64,000 nt of DNA from an uncultured Gemmatimonadales bacterium (GTDB lineage Bacteria; Gemmatimonadota; Gemmatimonadetes; Gemmatimonadales; GWC2-71-9). The position numbers and the translations under genes are program-made. The DNA is taken from positions 1-64,000 of the forward strand of contig CAVVKJ010000008.1 of the NCBI GenBank assembly GCA_963748815.1. The letters run 5' to 3'. Positions 38,788-47,251 of this stretch are shown here, piece by piece; position 1 is the first letter of the stretch; the number at the start of each line of letters is the position of its first letter. The notes under the pieces were generated by a model. The model made no database searches. It saw only the letters and a list, made by a program, of their open reading frames with translations, and was not told where the DNA came from.

Positions 38788-39441
38788 CTATTCGTAGGGG
38801 CCCAATTCCAATCCGCCCAGCTTCAGCATGAGGAGCCCGAACTGTCGATAGGCGGCGTTCTTCCCACTATCACTCGGCTCCCAGACCTCTAAGATCTTGC
38901 GTTGTGCGCCTCGGCGTCCTTCCATGACCCACTCCGTACCGTCCACGCCACCGACCTTGGTATCCAGTGGGCGGGTCCAAAACTGTGCACCCTCGGCCAT
39001 GCGCTCGACTTCGACCCACGCTTCCCTCCCCACCATCGTATCACGTGAGGTGGCCAAGCCCTCCGGTGAGTATCCTCCTGGCCCCACTGACACTTTCACG
39101 ACGATGTGGACGCTATCGCGCTGCAAATCAAGACGCACCGCTTTGGCCGGCCGAAAAGTCGGGAGTATCAGGAACCGGTAGGCAGTATCGGCCACAGAAG
39201 AGTCCCCTATCCGAGGCTCTTGCATCGCCCGAAGGAACTCTGAGTACCAACACTCGGTAAATCTGCCCAACCCATAGCCCGCCAACCTCGACGAGTCGGG
39301 ACGCCAGGCTGAAGAGCTGTCCCAGCCTTCGCAATAAGTGCTGAGGGAAGCGATGTGAACGACCGGGGCGGCCGCCACTGACCGAGACTCTGGCGAGTGG
39401 CATGCGGCACAAAGGAGGAGTGCGGATGCGATGGATCTCAG
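38788..39441 (-). CDS. hypothetical lipoprotein (start codon unclear)
   Basis: GGAGG then RSIASALLLCAAC; WYSEFLRAMQEP..YRFLILPTF..GVDGTEWVMEG. Confidence 0.7.
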   Translation of the reverse strand: MRSIASALLLCAACHSPESRSVAAAPVVHIASLSTYCEGWDSSSAWRPDSSRLAGYGLGRFTECWYSEFLRAMQEPRIGDSSVADTAYRFLILPTFRPAKAVRLDLQRDSVHIVVKVSVGPGGYSPEGLATSRDTMVGREAWVEVERMAEGAQFWTRPLDTKVGGVDGTEWVMEGRRGAQRKILEVWEPSDSGKNAAYRQFGLLMLKLGGLELGPYE

Positions 39442-39462
39442 ATGGTACCTCCCATCACAGCC

Positions 39463-39590
39463 GCCTAACGAATGGCGCATCAGCTGCGAGGGCGCTCGCG
39501 GCAGCCGCCGCGCGACCTCCCAGTCAGTATAAAGCGCGGCGGCTGCCGCAGATAGAGCGCGCCCTCGACTGCTGCATGCGCTGGTTAGGC
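39463..39590 (-). repeat. attC
   Basis: Full-length family repeat. Confidence 0.93.
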
Positions 39591-39597
39591 GGCTGGT

Positions 39598-40063
39598 TCA
39601 CTGAGGAAGCGGCTTCCCATGACCTAACAGGGCTCGAACCGCCTCGCCCTGACCTGACTCAAATATCGCGGAGCACCAACCGATTGGAATGCTGTCGGCG
39701 TCGTCGGGCACCAGGAGCAAATAGGTCTTGCCTGTAAGGAGGGTTCGATCGCAGGAATCGCCCGGCGTGTGATTGGCGTCATACACAACAATTGTGGCTC
39801 GCGGCGCCCCCTTCCAGACTCGGCTGACGAGCATGACGGCATGGTCGAAGCCTGAAAACGTATGGACCCTGCCCAAACACGATTGCCTCGCCAGAGAGTA
39901 GGTAATGCGCGACGATGGTGCCTTCCACGATCAACCCGGCCGAGTCAATAAGCGCCTGAGGCGGTAGGCGGCGGTCACAAACACAGCGCCCGCCATCGGC
40001 GCATTCGGCGGACGGCGAAGCGCCGGCGAGCAAGAGTGGGATGAGCAGGAGTGTGTGCTTCAT
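39598..40063 (-). pseudogene. secreted TIMP/NTR-like protein, frameshift near 39875
   Basis: Signal peptide; CVC..IVEGTIV..VSRVWKG..SCD..GKTYLL..IGWCS. Confidence 0.6.
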
Positions 40064-40077
40064 GTTGTGCCAGTGCC

Positions 40078-40205
40078 GCCTAACGTACTGCGCATCAGCT
40101 GCGAGGGCGCTCGCGGCAGCCGCCGCGCGACCTCGCCAGTAGTATCAGGCGCGGCGGCTGCCGCCGCAAGAGCGCGCCCTCGACAGCTGCATGCGCTGGT
40201 TAGGC
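40078..40205 (-). repeat. attC
   Basis: Full-length family repeat. Confidence 0.93.
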
Positions 40206-40544
40206 GGTACCTGTTGGCAACCCCTTGGGTCGGAGCCGCCGTTCATTCACCAGAAATGCGATATTGACGAGCGACATCACGGTGATCCCGGTGGATACAC
40301 TAACGGGGATCAGATTGAGCATGGCGAGACCGCAGAAGATGTCGGCCAGTGTCGGAAAAAGCATCCTCGTGGCGGGTACCGAGCCGCGGAGGAGAAACAT
40401 GGCAATGCCACAGAGCAATACGACCGCGCCCAAGAACATCGTGGCCTCCGTGGCACGCCCGCTCGTATAGAGGTATCGCGCCAGCAGCAACGGCACGGCC
40501 AGTAGAACGACAAGAAGCGCGAGTCGACCGGCAGTGGATCTCAT
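40200..40544 (-). CDS. hypothetical membrane protein
   Basis: GGAG RBS; 4 TM; stop in R''. Confidence 0.68.
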   Translation of the reverse strand: MRSTAGRLALLVVLLAVPLLLARYLYTSGRATEATMFLGAVVLLCGIAMFLLRGSVPATRMLFPTLADIFCGLAMLNLIPVSVSTGITVMSLVNIAFLVNERRLRPKGLPTGTA

Positions 40545-40600
40545 GGACGTCTCCCCATACGAGGGTAGGCCTGCGCGAGCAACCCTTTGCGCGGCCCCGA

Positions 40601-40819
40601 CTACAGCACTTCCCTAGCCCCTGAGCCCTTCTTCGTACGAGCAGTGAGCCATCCCGCAATTGCGAGCGCCAACAATCCTTGTCCGATAACCGCGTAGATC
40701 CGCGTTGCGCTGGCCTCAGGATGGCTATCGGGTGTGATCAGCCAGTAGACCGCCTGGGCCGCCATCATCAACAGCATGCCGACCAGTACTCCAGACTTGA
40801 AACCATTCCGAGTCTGCAT
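40601..40819 (-). CDS. small 2-TM membrane protein
   Basis: AAGGAG RBS; two hydrophobic helices. Confidence 0.68.
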   Translation of the reverse strand: MQTRNGFKSGVLVGMLLMMAAQAVYWLITPDSHPEASATRIYAVIGQGLLALAIAGWLTARTKKGSGAREVL

Positions 40820-40838
40820 GACGCTCTCCTTGGTATCC

Positions 40839-40966
40839 GCCTAACGAATGGCGCATCAGCTGCGAGGGCGCTCGCGGCAGCCGCCGCGCGACCTCGCAGT
40901 CAGTATAAAGCGCGGCGGCTGCCGCAGATAGAGCGCGCCCTCGACAGCTGCATGCGCTGGTTAGGC
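40839..40966 (-). repeat. attC
   Basis: Full-length family repeat. Confidence 0.93.
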
Positions 40967-40974
40967 TGGCACCC

Positions 40975-41529
40975 TCAGCGGAGGTCGAAAGTGGGGCCGT
41001 TCACTTCGACTCCATCGGCAAGCACAATGAGCTGAAGTTGTCCATCCGGTTTCCTGAGAAGACGACCTCCCATGCTGTGGTACTCCCAGTACTGCTTCCG
41101 AACAACGCGGATACCTGGCAGTACTTGCCACTCTTGACGGACAAGTGTGCCGTAGTCTGTGGTGGCTCCCCCATTTGTCCGATAGACCCGGAGCACGCTC
41201 GAGGCGAGCGCGATGGAGTCAGTTGGGAGCAATCCCTCGTCGCGCTCATTGGGGAACAGGCCTATTCCTGTTGGAATCGCGATCGATGACATAAACAGCC
41301 CATAGAGGGCCAGTGGCAGTATCACAACCAGTGTGCCCCAGCGCAGGAGCGGAGGCCGAAGTCGCCAAGCTAGTAGCCAAGCACAGGCCGGCAACAGGAA
41401 CGCCAATCCGAGCGTGAGGTGATTCGCCCACGGAGCGCTCAGGCGGAGAAATGGGTTCCGCCAATTCAGGTAGAAAGCTGCATACACGAGCAGAACAGCG
41501 ATGAGTGCTCGGAGTCTTGGCACTTCCAC
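40975..41529 (-). CDS. hypothetical membrane protein
   Basis: 3 TM plus a YRTNGGATTDYG..VRQE domain. Confidence 0.72.
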   Translation of the reverse strand: MEVPRLRALIAVLLVYAAFYLNWRNPFLRLSAPWANHLTLGLAFLLPACAWLLAWRLRPPLLRWGTLVVILPLALYGLFMSSIAIPTGIGLFPNERDEGLLPTDSIALASSVLRVYRTNGGATTDYGTLVRQEWQVLPGIRVVRKQYWEYHSMGGRLLRKPDGQLQLIVLADGVEVNGPTFDLR

Positions 41530-41551
41530 AAGGACCTTGGTGAGGGTGTCC

Positions 41552-41679
41552 AGCTAACGAATGGCGCATCAGCTGCGAGGGCGCTCGCGGCAGCCGCCGC
41601 GCAGCCTCGTATTTAGTATAAAGCGCGGCGGCTGCCGCAGATAGAGCGCGCCCTCGACTGCTGCATGCGCTGGTTAGGC
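41552..41679 (-). repeat. attC
   Basis: Full-length family repeat. Confidence 0.93.
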
Positions 41680-41710
41680 CTCAGCTGGCGACGGAGCTGT
41701 GACGCACGAC

Positions 41711-42124
41711 CTACCAGGGAAGAATCGCCCAGCCCGCCTTCGTTGTGTCACGGGGGATGAACATTAGGTACCCCCCGTCGAGACCAACGTTTTGCGCCTG
41801 CACGCTGATGTACTTCCCCTGCTTCGTCCTTGAAAACCACTTGATGCACGACTGACCGGGCATCTTTGTCTCTTGCTCCCAGTCTCGGATCATGACCTCG
41901 AAGTTTGCGATCTCGGCGCTGTCAGCCGTCGGAACCTGCTGCGGGGCGACGCACGGAGAGGCATCGACGGACCCGGAGATGAGGTTGATTCCGATATTCA
42001 CGGTATCCGAATGATCGGCATCAACATATCGCGAAACACGCATGCCAGGATGTGCACAGCCTGCCAAGACAAGGACAGCCAAGACGCGCCATCGAGCGCC
42101 CCGCCAAGATTCCTCCAGGGCCAT
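41711..42124 (-). CDS. hypothetical lipoprotein (copy 3 of 3)
   Basis: One aa difference from the 31042 copy. Confidence 0.78.
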   Translation of the reverse strand: MALEESWRGARWRVLAVLVLAGCAHPGMRVSRYVDADHSDTVNIGINLISGSVDASPCVAPQQVPTADSAEIANFEVMIRDWEQETKMPGQSCIKWFSRTKQGKYISVQAQNVGLDGGYLMFIPRDTTKAGWAILPW

Positions 42125-42167
42125 GCTGGCACTCTCCCGGCCCGCGCTCCGACTGCGAAGGCTGTAG

Positions 42168-42295
42168 GCCTAACGAATGGCGCATCAGCTGCGAGGGCGC
42201 TCGCGGCAGCCGCCGCGCGACCTCGCTACCAGTATCAGGCGCGGCGGCTGCCGCCGCAAGAGAGCGCCCTCGTCTGCTGCATGCGCTGGTTAGGT
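42168..42295 (-). repeat. attC
   Basis: Full-length family repeat. Confidence 0.93.
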
Positions 42296-42308
42296 GGCAA
42301 CAATCCAA

Positions 42309-43223
42309 TCATCCAGGAATCTTGTTGTCGGGCCCTCTGTGGAGGCTGATCTTTATCTGCCTAGGGGCTGTTGGATCCTGCAGGCCCACAATCGCCACAG
42401 TTGAACCATCGCTGTCTTGAACCCGGCCTACGGACACAGCCGTCTGCCGGTAGGAGTAGTGCTTCGCGTTTGCATCGACCAGCACAATGCTAATCTCGCT
42501 ATCGAGATGGACAGTCTTGATTCTCGCGGAGCCACCTTCGGGGAGTTCGCACAAATCTCCGGCGCCGTCAATCGTGGTGGTGAGTGCAACGGTCTGGGTA
42601 TTGTCACCAGACAGAAGGGCCACCAGGTTCGTTGAGATGAAGCCATCGACCGCCTTCTGGAGCACTTCGCCCATCAACTGGTTTGCAAGATCTTGTAGGG
42701 TTAGGCGTGGCCCGCCGCTCGGGTCTCGAATCAGCGCGCTGCCTGGTAGAGCTGGCGCAGTCTCGCTACGCGGCGGATCAAGCTCCAGGCGCACTCGAAG
42801 AGGGCGATAGGACCGCTGAAGAAACTTAAAGCGGGGCGTAATTGCACCGATGGATGGTGGGACGCTAACGAGTTCTTCAAAGGAGTAGGTCCGGATGTTG
42901 TGGAGGAGGGCTTTGTCCCTTGCGGGCTTCCCAAATCCGGAGCGTGACACTGCCATCACAATGTCTGGCCTGAGGTCGCTGTACTTCCCGATCAGTTGGT
43001 CGATCCACGTGATGTCTTGAACCGCTGCATGATCGCGGCACTCAATGGCGATACAAACAGGCTCTCCATTAATCAGCCCTTCGACGACAACATCCGCCTC
43101 ACGATTCGAGGACGCCGTCGGTTCTGGGAATTCGATGGAACCTCGAACTGTGACGCCGCTGTTGGCCAGCAACCGTTCGATTGACGCGACCAGTTCTTGA
43201 AACGGATTGGTTTGTTTGGACAC
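42309..43223 (-). CDS. Mrr-like (PD-(D/E)xK) restriction endonuclease with C-terminal extension
   Basis: FQELV..READVVV..IAIECRD..WIDQLIGK..VSRSGF..A. Confidence 0.8.
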   Translation of the reverse strand: MSKQTNPFQELVASIERLLANSGVTVRGSIEFPEPTASSNREADVVVEGLINGEPVCIAIECRDHAAVQDITWIDQLIGKYSDLRPDIVMAVSRSGFGKPARDKALLHNIRTYSFEELVSVPPSIGAITPRFKFLQRSYRPLRVRLELDPPRSETAPALPGSALIRDPSGGPRLTLQDLANQLMGEVLQKAVDGFISTNLVALLSGDNTQTVALTTTIDGAGDLCELPEGGSARIKTVHLDSEISIVLVDANAKHYSYRQTAVSVGRVQDSDGSTVAIVGLQDPTAPRQIKISLHRGPDNKIPG

Positions 43224-43250
43224 TAGGGCGCCTTCCGCGACATAGTTGCC

Positions 43251-43378
43251 ACCTAACGTCCTGCGCATCAGCTGCGAGGGCGCTCGCGGCAGCCGCCGCG
43301 CCTCCTCGCAGTCAGTATAAAGCGCGGCGGCTGCCGCAGAAAGAGCGCGCCCTCGTCTGCTGCATGCGCTGGTTAGAC
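43251..43378 (-). repeat. attC
   Basis: Full-length family repeat. Confidence 0.93.
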
Positions 43379-43972
43379 CGCTCCGCGCTGTTGGCGGTAA
43401 CGCTCGCGCATCATGCAGGACCGCCCGGAAAATTCGCGATCATCAGCTCTCACGAGCATTAGGCAGGCTTCTGCACGATCCTCATTCTCCAGTGGGGCAA
43501 TGTTCCAGCCGACGTTCACGGCGAGCTTTCCGGCCCACTCCCGGACCGCATCAAGGCTGAAGACGTGGGACTCCTCGTCAAATTCCACCAATACTCTGGC
43601 TGTGGGAGGGAGGCCGGACTGAGACACCATACTGTCCAGATTGCCGACCAAGTTGCTGAGCGTTTTCTCAGCCCAGCGACGCCTCTCGCCGGCAAGCTCG
43701 TCGACGAGCGTGAGCACGACTTCGCCGTGAGTCAGAGTGGGGTTCAGTAGTGCTGGTGACGAAAGGCCAGAGAGGAACGCAATGACCCCGTCACTTGGGA
43801 CCAATTGCCACGATGGCCCAAACACCCAGGCCTCGGTACCCATCTTCAGGACGCCAGGCGGCGTGGTGCCGAGCCTGGGATGGCCGGCGGCACTGGCGAA
43901 GCGAAGCAGGGTGAACGCGAGGCGCGCGGCCTCCTCTCTGACCTCACGGTTGCTGGCTTCGTGGCTAGTCAT
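43373..43972 (-). CDS. hypothetical protein
   Basis: GGAGG RBS; stop in R''. Confidence 0.72.
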   Translation of the reverse strand: MTSHEASNREVREEAARLAFTLLRFASAAGHPRLGTTPPGVLKMGTEAWVFGPSWQLVPSDGVIAFLSGLSSPALLNPTLTHGEVVLTLVDELAGERRRWAEKTLSNLVGNLDSMVSQSGLPPTARVLVEFDEESHVFSLDAVREWAGKLAVNVGWNIAPLENEDRAEACLMLVRADDREFSGRSCMMRERYRQQRGAV

Positions 43973-43991
43973 AGCGCCTCCGATCGGAGCG

Positions 43992-44119
43992 GTCTAACGA
44001 ATGGCGCATCAGCTGCGAGGGCGCTCGCGGCAGCCGCCGCGCGACCTCGCTAGCAGTATAAAGCGCGGCGGCTGCCGCAGAAAGAGCGCGCCCTCGTCAG
44101 CTGCATGCGCTGGTTAGGC
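43992..44119 (-). repeat. attC
   Basis: Full-length family repeat. Confidence 0.93.
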
Positions 44120-44151
44120 CGCTCAGGCTAACGAGAGGTTGTGGTTCCGGA

Positions 44152-44649
44152 CTATCTCTCGTGGGTCGTCAAAATGTCATGTAGACGAACGGAATATGGA
44201 TCTTCGGAACTGCCGTGGTCCCATACGGCCCGGAATACTCGCGGTAGCACCAAGAGAAGCGCGACGAGCACCGCGACCTGCACCAGCGGACGATTCAGTG
44301 CAGGCCCCATCGTGACCAACGCGAGGAACACCAGCGGGAGCGTAAACAGGGAGCCGAAGCAGAGCTGTGGGATTGAGGCACCCATCCGGCCGTAAACGCT
44401 CGTGCGCCCTGCCTCCTCCACAATGCGGCCGTAGAATGCGCCCCCTCGCCAGAACCTCCGCGCGTGCGAACGAAGTAGAAGCTTTACCCTCGGCGGGGTG
44501 CCGCCGCTCAACAGAGGGTCGAGGTAGTTGTTATCGTCCGCGCGTAGGGGCTCAAGCCAACCGATGAGTGGCCAGGGATAGCTATGCTTGGTGATGCGTG
44601 AAAAGCACTCCTCGGGCGAAAGGTCGGTCTGAAGAACTAGCCGAGCCAT
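44152..44649 (-). CDS. hypothetical membrane protein
   Basis: AGGAGG RBS; 2 C-terminal TM. Confidence 0.72.
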   Translation of the reverse strand: MARLVLQTDLSPEECFSRITKHSYPWPLIGWLEPLRADDNNYLDPLLSGGTPPRVKLLLRSHARRFWRGGAFYGRIVEEAGRTSVYGRMGASIPQLCFGSLFTLPLVFLALVTMGPALNRPLVQVAVLVALLLVLPRVFRAVWDHGSSEDPYSVRLHDILTTHER

Positions 44650-44668
44650 TCTGCTCCCTCCTGAGTCG

Positions 44669-44796
44669 GCCTAACGAATGGCGCATCAGCTGCGAGGGCG
44701 CTCGCGGCAGCCGCCGCGCGACCTCAGGATCAGTATAAAGCGCGGCGGCTGCCGCAGATAGCGCGCGCCCTCGTCTGCTGCATGCGCTGGTTAGGC
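44669..44796 (-). repeat. attC
   Basis: Full-length family repeat. Confidence 0.93.
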
Positions 44797-45093
44797 CCCG
44801 CCTGTCCCTGGATACATCCGCTCGGCACGGAACACCAAGAGGATGTGAGCTTCCCTCGATTCAGGGAAGTAGCGGTAGACGATCCGATAGCTTCGCCACA
44901 GTACCTCGCGGAGCATCGGATCCTGGCGTTCCGGAACGTGACGACCGGACTCGGGGAACGCCTTCAGCCGACCGACCGCCGCAACGAGTTCAGCCGCAAC
45001 GAAGTCCGCATAGCGGACCGAGTCGCGGCTGACATATTCGTGGATCCCTGCCAGGTCTGATTGGGCCTGGAGGGTCCACTGCACTCTTGTCAT
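44791..45093 (-). CDS. ParE/RelE family toxin
   Basis: VQWTLQAQSDL..I..YVSRDS..FPESGRHVPE..YRIVYR. Confidence 0.9.
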   Translation of the reverse strand: MTRVQWTLQAQSDLAGIHEYVSRDSVRYADFVAAELVAAVGRLKAFPESGRHVPERQDPMLREVLWRSYRIVYRYFPESREAHILLVFRAERMYPGTGGA

Positions 45094-45266
45094 TTCGTGT
45101 ACCGGCGAACGATGTCATCATGGGGGGTCAACTGGCCGGCACTGGATTCGGCCAGCCCACGATTAATCTTGGCGAGAAACACAAGGCGCTCAATGGCGTC
45201 CTCAAGGGTTGCAGAGGGCGGCAGCTGATCGGCGACCTGGTGGACCTGATCTTTGGTGGTCGGCAT
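45090..45266 (-). CDS. cognate antitoxin (ParD-like)
   Basis: LPPSATLEDAIERLVFLAKINRGLAE..G..PHDD; ATGA overlap. Confidence 0.8.
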   Translation of the reverse strand: MPTTKDQVHQVADQLPPSATLEDAIERLVFLAKINRGLAESSAGQLTPHDDIVRRYTK

Positions 45267-45333
45267 AGTGCGCTCAGTGGGTCGGGGTCTTCCAAATGTC
45301 GATAGGGTGCCCGCTGGGGGCAAGGTGGCGTGG

Positions 45334-45461
45334 GCCTAACGAATGGCGCATCAGCTGCGAGGGCGCTCGCGGCAGCCGCCGCGCATCCTCGCTAGCAGTA
45401 TAAAGCGCGGCGGCTGCCGCAGATAGAGCGCGCCCTCGACAGCTGCATGCGCTGGTTAGGC
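45334..45461 (-). repeat. attC
   Basis: Full-length family repeat. Confidence 0.93.
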
Positions 45462-45468
45462 AGACCCA

Positions 45469-46005
45469 TCAATGGAACCCCAACGCGCTCCAGGTGCTGC
45501 GATCGTCGAACCCGTAACGAAGCCCCGTGCACTCCATAATCAGGACTCGCACCTTCAATGCGACCTCATCCGAAGTCCACCGGGTACTCTCCGCCTCAGC
45601 CCGGGTCCCGAGTTGTATTGCAAGACCCCACACCAATTCGCGGAGGGTCGCAATGCCTGATAAGAATGAGGCTGGGCGAGGTATGTCGGCAGGCCAGTCC
45701 GGCCGGTCGGCCGCCCGACGAACAGCCACCCAAATGTTAGGCCACGAGTCGGGCGGAATCAGGCTGACGAGGTCATCATCAAGGCGGGGGGCGGGTCGCG
45801 TCGGCAGTGCCGCACGAAACCCACGCCGAAGATCGAAATAGATCGATTGGATGTGGCGAGAATCGCCAGGTTGTGCCGCCACCTTTTCAGCGACGAGGCC
45901 GATCAAGTCACGAGGCGTCCGGAGGGTGGCGACCTCGGCGTCTGATAGGTCGATGCCGAATGCATCTTCGGCCGCCAGCACGAGCTCCACGCCTTGAAGT
46001 CCCAT
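45469..46005 (-). CDS. acyl-carrier-protein-like protein (apparently circularly permuted)
   Basis: N-terminal MGLQGVELVLAAEDAFGIDLSDAEVATLRT..DL; C-terminal EVALKVRVLIMECTG..WSALG. Confidence 0.7.
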   Translation of the reverse strand: MGLQGVELVLAAEDAFGIDLSDAEVATLRTPRDLIGLVAEKVAAQPGDSRHIQSIYFDLRRGFRAALPTRPAPRLDDDLVSLIPPDSWPNIWVAVRRAADRPDWPADIPRPASFLSGIATLRELVWGLAIQLGTRAEAESTRWTSDEVALKVRVLIMECTGLRYGFDDRSTWSALGFH

Positions 46006-46033
46006 TGTGTGCGAGCCCATGGTTGTGGGTTCT

Positions 46034-46161
46034 GCCTAACGAATGGCGCATCAGCTGCGAGGGCGTTCGCGGCAGCCGCCGCGCGACCTCGTAGTCAGTA
46101 TAAAGCGCGGCGGCTGCCGCAGATAGAGCGCGCCCTCGCCAGCTGCATGCGCTGGTTAGGT
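46034..46161 (-). repeat. attC
   Basis: Full-length family repeat. Confidence 0.93.
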
Positions 46162-46173
46162 GGCCCCATCCGC

Positions 46174-47097
46174 CTACGGCTCGCCTTTCCAGTTTGGGTC
46201 GCACATCACCGTGCCTTGAAGTTCCAGACCGCCGGGCGATCGCTGAGCAGACCAGTGGGCACCTGATCTGATGAGAATCAACAATTCTTCCGACATATGC
46301 CCCATCGACTGGTCCTTCTCACAGTCAACCACGCTGAGGACACTCACCCACGGCGTGACGTATGCGGTATCCGGTGCCGTGCGCCGAGGAAGTGTTGGGA
46401 GGCGGAGAAAGCTCGTTAGACCAAGGCCTCGGCATGCCGGCGTCCTCCAACTGGAACACATCGCCGCGATGCTCGAATCAGCGAGCCACTCGGCGAGCCA
46501 TTCCGTGGGGATCTGATTCCAGCCTGACTTTCCAGCGGAATCGAGGACGACGGTCGGGCCGGCCGGGCTGCGTGACGGTGCAGGGCTCCCGGTCATAGCC
46601 GCGACCTGCTCCAACTCGTCGCCGGCAACTGCCGTCCGAGGCCCATAGAAAGCGATCACCGCCTCCAGCATGCCATGAAGTTCTGCTTCCGGAATCGGGC
46701 CTGGCAGGTAGGAGTCCGGTTCTCCAGCGCGGCCAAGGCTGATCAGGATCCCGCTCGAGTCATTCTTCGAGGCCGACAGTGACATTTGAGTTCTTCGGTA
46801 CCCGATGAACGAAGATTGGAGGATCAAGCTGTCCACCGGCGCGCCGGCAAGGACCCAGCGGCCAAGGGAATCCGTCAAAGCCCCGCACCACGTGTTGACC
46901 ACGATGACCACCGCGTTGGGGATGGCCTCGCCACCAACATCGCGGACAACGCCGGACATCTCTCGCGAGTTCTGGACTGCTGGGCAGACGAGACCAGATC
47001 GTGAAGCGGCTGAAGGCTGGGCTGACGGAGCCTGTGGCGCGCAACCATGGGCGACTGTGGGGAGCACGAGAAGCAGGCCGATCCAGCCGGTCTTCAT
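46174..47097 (-). CDS. lipoprotein with carboxypeptidase-D-regulatory-like domain
   Basis: SGVVRD..GEAIPNAVV..TDSLGRW..SFIGY. Confidence 0.78.
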   Translation of the reverse strand: MKTGWIGLLLVLPTVAHGCAPQAPSAQPSAASRSGLVCPAVQNSREMSGVVRDVGGEAIPNAVVIVVNTWCGALTDSLGRWVLAGAPVDSLILQSSFIGYRRTQMSLSASKNDSSGILISLGRAGEPDSYLPGPIPEAELHGMLEAVIAFYGPRTAVAGDELEQVAAMTGSPAPSRSPAGPTVVLDSAGKSGWNQIPTEWLAEWLADSSIAAMCSSWRTPACRGLGLTSFLRLPTLPRRTAPDTAYVTPWVSVLSVVDCEKDQSMGHMSEELLILIRSGAHWSAQRSPGGLELQGTVMCDPNWKGEP

Positions 47098-47104
47098 GGG
47101 GTCC

Positions 47105-47233
47105 ACCTAACGAATTGGCGCATCAGCTGCGAGGGCGCTCGCGGCAGCCGCCGCGGAGCCTCGCAGTCAGTATAAGGCGCGGCGGCTGCCGCAGATAGAG
47201 CGCGCCCTCGTCAGCTGCATGCGCTGGTTAGGC
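47105..47233 (-). repeat. attC
   Basis: Full-length family repeat. Confidence 0.93.
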
Positions 47234-47251
47234 GGGCCGCCACATCCAGCG

